From IMG/VR virus record IMGVR_UViG_3300034117_001294, positions 124,001-188,000 of that record: a stretch of 64,000 nucleotides of DNA, one strand, 5' to 3'. The notes beneath the pieces are model-generated. The model saw only the letters and a list, made by a program, of their open reading frames with translations, had not been told where the DNA came from and searched no databases. This document shows, one piece after another, positions 58,501-64,000 of the stretch (position 1 is its first letter; each line of letters starts with the position of its first letter). Made by a program: the position numbers and the translations under genes.

Positions 58501-60350
58501 GTAGTGATGGTGGTGAGAGCATGAATCAAGAAAACTTTGCTGATAGTCGTAATCCACAAGACAACAGCAACAGTAAACGGCAAATGTTAAAAATTGCATC
58601 ATTAAACAATATTAAAGATGTGAACAAAATTAATGCAGGGCAGATGTTAAAATTGCCTAACGGCACAACTTATAAAGTAATGCCTGGAGATACCCTGTCT
58701 ACAATTGCGGCAAGACAAGTGAAAGATCAATCTTCTCCAATGCCCCAACCCTCAGTTAAACAAGGTCCAAACTCTAACATAGATCAAACGACAAGAGATA
58801 AAGCACAGGCATTTGTTGGTCAACAAAAACCAGAAATGGGTGGTGGCAGGGGGGTCGTTAATCCAGCAACCGTCCGGCCCGACGAACCAACCCAAACCGG
58901 AGTTCGAAGTGGTCCTAACACAAACATAGATCAACCAGCAAGAGATAGGGCCAAAGCGGCTGTTACTAAAATTTCTAGTGAAGACGATATCATGAATATG
59001 GTTAAAGATCATGAAGGTGTAAAAAATAAACCATACCAAGATACAAAAGGATTATGGACTGTAGGAGTAGGTCACTTAATTGGTGATGGCAAGACTCTCC
59101 CTTCAGAGTGGAAAAGAACATTTTCAGACGCAGAAATAATGAATCTGTTTAAAAAGGATTATCAGCATCATAAACAGGCAGCAGAAAAAATTCCTGGATT
59201 TAGTAATTTAAACATGAACGGACAGGCTGCTCTAATTGATCTAACATTTAACATGGGTCCAAGATGGTGGAAGGCTTGGCCTAATTTTACAAAAGCCATG
59301 CAAGCAGGAAACATAGATCAAGCAGCAAATGCATTAAAAAATAGTGCATGGTATTCACAAGTTGGTAGAAGAGCACCTAAAATTGTATCTCTTTTACAGA
59401 GCGGAGATCGATCTGTAGCAGAAAACTTTGCGGATGGACGTAATCCACAAGACAAGGGCGACAGTAAACGTCACGGCGTTCCTACAAAATCGTCAGTGAG
59501 CAATCTACGTAAAGTAGCTAAACAAGGCGGCCGTAAAGGACAATTAGCACATTGGATGGCAAATATGAAAGCAGGTAAAGCAAAAGCTAAGAATGAAGAC
59601 TTCAACGGCGAATACGACGACGAAGCAGGAATGGCACAGAGTAATCTACGCACAATGGCTCGTGCAGTTGATGGTTTATTAAAAACTATTAAGAGCAACG
59701 ATAACTTGCCAGAATGGGGACAAGAAAAGATTGCCAAAGCAGAAATGATGTTGGTCAGTGTCTGGGATTATTTGTTAAGCCAAAAAGAAATGGGCATGGA
59801 TCCTAAGATCAACGAAAGCAAGGCTGTAGAAAGTTTAAGACAGATTGTCGCAGAGTTGTCCAATGAAAAATTAGGACAATATAAAAAGGCCGCCGGTGAT
59901 CAAGCAACTGCCGCAGACAAAGCGGGCGACTATGCTAAGGGTCATAAACGTTTCAAAGGAATTGTTAAAGCAACTAACAAGCAGTTTGATAATGATGCTA
60001 AAAAGCATAGAGAGCAAGGTATGGCGGAGGCTGGCAGCAATGCTATAGATACTGTATCTAAACGCTTAACTGATCCTAAAGATGGAATGACAGCCAAACT
60101 TAGAGCAGCTGGTGATAAGAAACGCGATAGTCAGTACATGGGCACACAGATTGCTAAGAATGATCGAACCAGTAAAGACGAATGGGGCAACTTAAAAGAA
60201 AAGATTAAAGGTGCAGACGGCAAAGCCTGTTGGAAAGGTTATAAGTACGCAGGTACTAAGAACGGTAAAGACAAGTGTGTGCCAATTGGCGAAGCCTACG
60301 AACTTGAAATGACCCTGGCTATTCTAAAGCTGTTTGAAAGTAATAAATGA
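55542..60350 (+). CDS. 1602-aa multidomain polyprotein: pol-beta-like NTase, ligase-like adenylation domain, HxGH nucleotidyltransferase, LysM, GH24 lysozyme, short head-protein modules
   Basis: GSS..VGDID; KIDG/CEVLF/EGIVI/IKV; GHKGH...VGEDQ...MSFTKLR; LysM YKVMPGDTLSTIA; HEGVKNKPYQDTKGLWT (E-x8-D-x5-T). Confidence 0.7.
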   Translation: MNLNELFSNKKKVVSEGGNLSLPGGHDAQQIDLKVHNRSYIVPILDTLLININSSFAKKYKKPLWNPQLLQSKQFLSGSSLHFFNTKGITDQQFVEKKPKVGDIDTQVNKENEQELEQWLSASQGKMVGNAKFLGFQRGNEQFSSLWELQDPPIKVQIDLEFVEFDKDEPTPWSKFSHSSSWDDLNAGVKGVFHKFLIQSLASLSRKDFLLRKAVGRGKAKEIQDVPTTDNMVSFAVSSKEGGGLRAKYEPVLDANGQPLISNGMPVMQALPATGYEQDIGKIFGSIFGSRLNPKQAAQLESKYWSFTGLVDAMNTLVTPEEKQSVLSAFIDKIFGKGAQGLYKGDPERDSAEKSAALDLMINKLGVQTPSDLEQMKQQYKASYRVTAESLQEAEVKAQFRKNMPHLRDLKPIDFLDLLDEIHDGNGNFKLQNIPLNVKIDGFGGRFGKDAEGKPFMATSNTPPRYKAGFVQYHQDKGTTDPEILGRAEKFDELFNEMMNAIKLVDSKLGADFLVNKQVTCEVLFLPFAAETSEGKLKFVGIQYDKFPPGVELVLVPFRVVDASSGEDVPDANDVVTSLSKLGGQGSVRFLSNSLVQKDGLDVTEIINPLDNIEELKQIVSDTAGKRDRASLQLRREVEEKLMPVKIALEKAIDADPNIIGKDILGQDYEGIVINSRLGPIKVTSQQQKDIITQKNAAKAAARAEQPRGENKTAVVAIGSFVGHKGHQQLFGLTINKAKEVSGDPYLFMGSAVGADDPIPVADKIKTWKQLYPEYAGNISAVTQEGGSLMQKIKHELINPLPGKPPRYDNVIIMVGEDQAKMPIAQALMKAVNKFPGYEHVKVQLEVTPRGTGMSFTKLRNVLKTGDEQQAFQMWNDAFNGGQDGAKPLPSQWIKHLMDVSKTGMSTPQPKPAVKKPAVLPTPQTVQQPALGEMRLFNALMSPKKIVNEKTIEERKRKKSKGAAWGPGPYGWYGFDAGYSGNGGDGGSDGGESMNQENFADSRNPQDNSNSKRQMLKIASLNNIKDVNKINAGQMLKLPNGTTYKVMPGDTLSTIAARQVKDQSSPMPQPSVKQGPNSNIDQTTRDKAQAFVGQQKPEMGGGRGVVNPATVRPDEPTQTGVRSGPNTNIDQPARDRAKAAVTKISSEDDIMNMVKDHEGVKNKPYQDTKGLWTVGVGHLIGDGKTLPSEWKRTFSDAEIMNLFKKDYQHHKQAAEKIPGFSNLNMNGQAALIDLTFNMGPRWWKAWPNFTKAMQAGNIDQAANALKNSAWYSQVGRRAPKIVSLLQSGDRSVAENFADGRNPQDKGDSKRHGVPTKSSVSNLRKVAKQGGRKGQLAHWMANMKAGKAKAKNEDFNGEYDDEAGMAQSNLRTMARAVDGLLKTIKSNDNLPEWGQEKIAKAEMMLVSVWDYLLSQKEMGMDPKINESKAVESLRQIVAELSNEKLGQYKKAAGDQATAADKAGDYAKGHKRFKGIVKATNKQFDNDAKKHREQGMAEAGSNAIDTVSKRLTDPKDGMTAKLRAAGDKKRDSQYMGTQIAKNDRTSKDEWGNLKEKIKGADGKACWKGYKYAGTKNGKDKCVPIGEAYELEMTLAILKLFESNK
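58530..59473 (+). repeat. 53-bp direct repeat pair (58530-58582 and 59421-59473)
   Basis: 46/53 identical by hand alignment; both encode ENFAD(S/G)RNPQD..(N/D)SKR. Confidence 0.85.
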
Positions 60351-60613
60351 AGCAATATCGAATAGCAGGATTTCCTGTAGATACTTCAACTGATCCAGAC
60401 TGTGCTCTAAGCCCAGATGATCCTATACATGCACTACAATCTAGTAACTGGTTAGGAGAGTTAGGTGCAGAACAGCGTATGCGTGAATACTTAAAAAAGA
60501 GAGACACACCTTTGCATAGTCAGCACGGTAATGAAAATGCTCGCATAATGCGTGAACAAGGAATTAAACCGGGTACACCGGCTTGGTTCGAACTTTGGTT
60601 TGGTAAAAAATAA
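60347..60613 (+). CDS. hypothetical protein
   Basis: Ends EQGIKPGTPAWFELWF. Confidence 0.6.
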   Translation: MKQYRIAGFPVDTSTDPDCALSPDDPIHALQSSNWLGELGAEQRMREYLKKRDTPLHSQHGNENARIMREQGIKPGTPAWFELWFGKK

Positions 60614-60621
60614 ATAACATT

Positions 60622-60993
60622 ATGAGAGCAAAAGAATTCATCGCTGAAAGAAAAGAAGGTAAGATAACAAAACGTCAGCAACAATCTACTAGGGGTCTGC
60701 ATCGTTATTCAGACGCCGAAAAAGCAGATAGCGGTTATGTTAGCTTTAGAGTAGGCATGGCCGCAGCTATGAGCGATGGAAAAAATAAATTAGACATCGA
60801 TTCAAAGAGTTGGGCAGGAAAGAAAAAGACTGCACATCCTTACACTCAAGTGGAAGCAGACATGCTCAAAGCAGCATACAAAGCTGCCGGTGCCAGTTAT
60901 GAAGATATGAATCACGGCGATATGGATAGTTGCGAGTTAGACTCGACTAATATATACGGGCCTGTACCAGATAGAAAGAAACTAACAAAATGA
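60622..60993 (+). CDS. putative internal head protein with T4 CTS-like N-terminus
   Basis: MRAKEFIAE versus T4 capsid-targeting sequence MKTYQEFIAE; TAAATA upstream. Confidence 0.6.
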   Translation: MRAKEFIAERKEGKITKRQQQSTRGLHRYSDAEKADSGYVSFRVGMAAAMSDGKNKLDIDSKSWAGKKKTAHPYTQVEADMLKAAYKAAGASYEDMNHGDMDSCELDSTNIYGPVPDRKKLTK

Positions 60994-62177
60994 GAATTAA
61001 ACAACTTTTAGAATCAGCAACTACTGGAGGCACAAGCTCAGCATCAGTAGCAACAGTTGCAAAAGGCAGTAAGGGAATGATTAAACGTCAGAAACCTACT
61101 GACAATGCATTGGATAGTGGAAAGTTGTTTCAAGAAACTAACGCTGCGGAAGGCAAGGAAGATAAGATTGCTCAACTAAAGAAAGACCATGACACCGCAG
61201 TGCATTGGAGCAAGAATGAAACAAGCCCACAAAAGCGTGAGGCTGCTCGTCAAAAGGCTGAAAAGATCAAGCGTCACTTAGATACACAATACAAGCAAGG
61301 TGTGGCGGAGGTTAGTGATGCTACGCTAACCAGTTATCTAACAAAATTAGATAAAGATAATCTTAAACACAGAATGGATCCCACAAAACGCAGTGACACA
61401 AAACGCATGAAAAGTGGTCCTAATTTTGTTAAAGCGTTTACCAAATTGGATAATAAAAAGCAAGGTGTGGCGGAGGCCACAGGTGACGAAAAATTTGATA
61501 AATCAATGAGAAAAATGACTGGAAAAATTACTCCAGGCGATGCTGACGAGATGTGGCCGACACAAGAATTTGAACCAGTTGATCTTGATCCATCATACTT
61601 GCCAAGTATGGAAAAATACAAGGCAAAATTATTTCCATTGGCTTACCAATACTGGACTGACGGCGACAATGCAGATGAATTAAGAGCATTAGGATGGGAA
61701 CCCGATTATGGCGACGACTATGTTATGGTGGTGCTGTCTGGCATCGGACACGACGGTCACATTCAATACGACAAATATGATTTTGATGCTGAAGATGAAA
61801 ACAATGAAGGTGTGGCGGAGGTAGCACCGCCGGGAGCCAAAGCCGAACGCATGGTCAAGCATATTAAAAAGGGATATGCTAAAGATGGTAAGTTAACTAA
61901 AACTGAAAAAAGCAAGGCATACGGTGCTGCATGGAAAGCACACAATGCCGGCAAAGTAGAAGAACAAAGTGTAGAAGAAAACAAGAAAGGTGTACGTGCT
62001 GTGAAACATGCAGTTAAGCCTAGAAACTTTGTTGCCAAGAACGCAGTACAAAGTGGTGCAGGTGCTCACAAAGATAAAAAGAAAGCACAAAAGCAAGGTG
62101 ATGTAAAACACAAGGCTAAAGAGCCAGCTTACGAATCTAAGCTATGGGCAGCATTAGATCGAAGAATTATCAAGTAA
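60990..62177 (+). CDS. modular putative internal head polyprotein
   Basis: MRIKQLLES start; modules separated by (Q/E)GVAE. Confidence 0.6.
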   Translation: MRIKQLLESATTGGTSSASVATVAKGSKGMIKRQKPTDNALDSGKLFQETNAAEGKEDKIAQLKKDHDTAVHWSKNETSPQKREAARQKAEKIKRHLDTQYKQGVAEVSDATLTSYLTKLDKDNLKHRMDPTKRSDTKRMKSGPNFVKAFTKLDNKKQGVAEATGDEKFDKSMRKMTGKITPGDADEMWPTQEFEPVDLDPSYLPSMEKYKAKLFPLAYQYWTDGDNADELRALGWEPDYGDDYVMVVLSGIGHDGHIQYDKYDFDAEDENNEGVAEVAPPGAKAERMVKHIKKGYAKDGKLTKTEKSKAYGAAWKAHNAGKVEEQSVEENKKGVRAVKHAVKPRNFVAKNAVQSGAGAHKDKKKAQKQGDVKHKAKEPAYESKLWAALDRRIIK

Positions 62178-62593
62178 TGAAAATCATAGACCTATTAGAG
62201 GATGTAAATTCAAAACCTGATTTTATGAAAATACTTCAGGAGTTTCTTCCCTTTGCAGTCAATGAACTTAAATTAAAATCTGTTCCAAAAATTAAAATGC
62301 ATTTACGTATTGGCAGCGTAGATGATCAACCTAGTTTTGGTAGTTTTAACAGTGAAACTAAAATAATCAATATTGCAATTGAAGATAGACATCCTTTAGA
62401 TATTTTAAGAACTCTTGCACACGAGATGGTACATTACAAACAAAACGAAGAAACTGGACTGAAGCCAGGTGCGGGTGCTACCGGTAGCCCTGAAGAAAAT
62501 CAAGCACACGAACTAGCTGGTATTGTGATGCGTAAATTTAATAAAGCGAACCCTGAATTTTTTAATACCGACGCTGTTAATCTAGAAGAATAA
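62177..62593 (+). CDS. HExxH zincin-like protein with CTS-like N-terminus
   Basis: MKIIDLLED; LAHEMVHYKQ...EENQA; ATG at 62177. Confidence 0.55.
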   Translation: MKIIDLLEDVNSKPDFMKILQEFLPFAVNELKLKSVPKIKMHLRIGSVDDQPSFGSFNSETKIINIAIEDRHPLDILRTLAHEMVHYKQNEETGLKPGAGATGSPEENQAHELAGIVMRKFNKANPEFFNTDAVNLEE

Positions 62594-62594
62594 A

Positions 62595-63230
62595 ATGAGT
62601 TTCTTAGTTGCAAACTTACCTCCGGTGCATTGTTTTGTACGCAAAGAATTTTTGTATGATTTTAAGTCAGGACAGGGCGAATACGAACCGTGCATATGGG
62701 TGTCAATCAAAAGCCTGCGTAGTCAAGCATTCCGTATAGAAAGCTATTTGCCCAGATACGGAGCACTGTACGACAAACTACCTTTACATGCCTATGTAAG
62801 CAGAAACACCGATTTAGAGCCAGACAAGTTTGTACCACTCGATACACTGCAAATATGGGACTGCTTCAGCTATGATATTGCTGTAATACAAAAGGCGTTC
62901 TTACGTAATCTTTCCTGCGAGTTCTATGCCAAGGATCGTCAGCTACACAAAGGCGACTATATGTTTACCGTAGACAATGCTAGTCCAGATCTCAATGTTA
63001 TAGACACTAGCTACTCAGAGTGGCCCGAAGATCACAAAAGTTTTAACTTTATACAACTAGATAATGGACAATATGCCGCACAGCCCAATAATCGTTGCAG
63101 ATTCTTTGATGCAGCCAGTAACCCTAAAGAAATGTTATTTCCAGATTTTAAAGTTGCTACAAAAAAATGGGTTGTAGAAACAAACCCCAAATGGCGATTG
63201 GGCGACTCCGATACAGTAACTTACGAATAA
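62595..63230 (+). CDS. conserved phage hypothetical protein
   Basis: VANLPPVHCFVRKEFLYD...NGQYAAQPNNR. Confidence 0.6.
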   Translation: MSFLVANLPPVHCFVRKEFLYDFKSGQGEYEPCIWVSIKSLRSQAFRIESYLPRYGALYDKLPLHAYVSRNTDLEPDKFVPLDTLQIWDCFSYDIAVIQKAFLRNLSCEFYAKDRQLHKGDYMFTVDNASPDLNVIDTSYSEWPEDHKSFNFIQLDNGQYAAQPNNRCRFFDAASNPKEMLFPDFKVATKKWVVETNPKWRLGDSDTVTYE

Positions 63231-63234
63231 AAGT

Positions 63235-63263
63235 TTGACACTGTGGTTGCATTAGTATATACT
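63235..63263 (+). promoter_or_regulatory. sigma70-type promoter
   Basis: TTGACA-17 bp-TATACT. Confidence 0.75.
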
Positions 63264-63286
63264 TAATGTTCACAGGAGATTAATTT

Positions 63287-63556
63287 ATGTCAAAAGCATT
63301 CGGTGCACCAGAGCAAGCAAAGATTAAGCAGATTGTCGCAGAAGGTATGACAGTTATGCAGGAAATTCAAGACTTAACAGAAGGATTGAATGAAACAATC
63401 AAAGCTGTTGCAGAGGAACTTGAAGTCAAGCCAAGCGTTATCAAGAAGGCTATCAAGATTGCACAAAAAGATACATGGGATCAAGTGTTCCGTGAGTTTG
63501 ATGATTTGGAAACTATTGTTGATATTAGCGGTCACAGTTTTCGTAAGGAAGATTAA
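63287..63556 (+). CDS. T4 DsbA/GapR-like small DNA-binding protein
   Basis: Helical pattern ...IQDLTEGLNETIKAVAEELEVKPSVIKKAIKIA. Confidence 0.55.
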   Translation: MSKAFGAPEQAKIKQIVAEGMTVMQEIQDLTEGLNETIKAVAEELEVKPSVIKKAIKIAQKDTWDQVFREFDDLETIVDISGHSFRKED

Positions 63557-63843
63557 TGGGCCTTGTCCAAAAAATATATAATTGGGCGAGAACTGATTAT
63601 CGAGAGTGGCCAACTCGATTTTCATTAGAAATTGCTGCCTGGCTAATGAGTCTCGGATGTTCCTTAACATTGGCCGCAGGAGCAACTGATCCTTTATTTT
63701 TCTATCTATATCCTATATTCATTTTACAATGTGCAATATTCGGGTGGGCTGCTTGGACTCGTAAGAGTACTGGCATGGTTGCAAACTATCTACTATTAGT
63801 CACTATTGACATTGTTGGATACGTTAGACTATTAAATATATAA
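63556..63843 (+). CDS. three-TM membrane protein
   Basis: Hydrophobic segments. Confidence 0.55.
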   Translation: MGLVQKIYNWARTDYREWPTRFSLEIAAWLMSLGCSLTLAAGATDPLFFYLYPIFILQCAIFGWAAWTRKSTGMVANYLLLVTIDIVGYVRLLNI

Positions 63844-63853
63844 GAGAAAGGTT

Positions 63854-63907
63854 TGATCAGCCATAAATGATCATGTTGGTATTTGTAGGCCACAAACTAC
63901 AAAGGAG
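63854..63907 (+). promoter_or_regulatory. twin-hairpin leader (candidate translational operator)
   Basis: TGATCA-GCCATAAA-TGATCA and TTTGTAG-GCCACAAA-CTACAAA abutting GGAG. Confidence 0.55.
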
Positions 63908-63913
63908 AAAAAA

Positions 63914-64000
63914 ATGAGCTACGTCGATTCAATGTGGGATCGCGACAAGGACGTTATTCGCGTCGTTGAGCGTGATCCCAAAAAAGGCAGAATCTTTCAA
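63914..64000 (+). CDS. N-terminus of probable family-B DNA polymerase (runs off window)
   Basis: MSYVDSMWDRDKDVIRVVERD... resembles jumbo-phage PolB N-termini as I recall them; only 29 codons visible. Confidence 0.5.
   Translation, partial: MSYVDSMWDRDKDVIRVVERDPKKGRIFQ

Larger units (their letters stand above)
60012..61821 (+). repeat. four copies of AAGGTRTGGCGGAGG (QGVAE-coding)
   Basis: 60012-60030, 61293-61311, 61458-61476 (the latter two are identical 19-mers), 61807-61821. Confidence 0.9.

Noticed and set aside
1-64000. Stop-codon reassignment as seen in some jumbo phages
   Set aside because: ORFs up to 2161 aa are intact under the standard code, genes abut tightly, and TAG terminates the ORF at 6441-6443.

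Overview
The window is a gene-dense, almost single-stranded (+) segment of a large tailed phage genome, most likely a jumbo myovirus with T4-like organisation infecting a Gram-negative host. This rests on the virion modules, clamp loader, start of a family-B polymerase, spanins, sigma70 early promoters and TAAATA late-promoter cores. The standard genetic code fits. 0-10 kb: desaturase end, a tRNA-like RNA, tRNA-Thr, 2OG-Fe oxygenases, methyltransferase, glycosyltransferases, GalE and lipoproteins. 10-20 kb: early hypotheticals, ClpP, QueD with a structured leader, UvsE. 20.8-39 kb: baseplate/tail-fibre module with a 2161-aa fibre, three Gly-X-Thr collagen-like proteins and an S8 protease. 39-46 kb: truncated DnaE-like ORF, GroES, MazG-like, cytidylyltransferase, metallophosphoesterase, clamp loader, PhoH. 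47-54 kb: lysis cassette, DnaJ, peptide deformylase, ClpA. 55-62.6 kb: putative capsid-targeted internal proteins, including a 1602-aa multi-enzyme polyprotein and an ORF built from in-frame modules bounded by a repeated 15-19 bp DNA motif. The window ends at the start of polB. The best novelty candidates are the repeat-delimited modular head-protein system, the polyprotein, a preQ1-I-like pseudoknot upstream of queD, twin GCCAYAAA hairpins before polB, and a Leu-type tRNA body lacking a normal anticodon arm. All assignments come from motif recognition by eye; no database searches were run.
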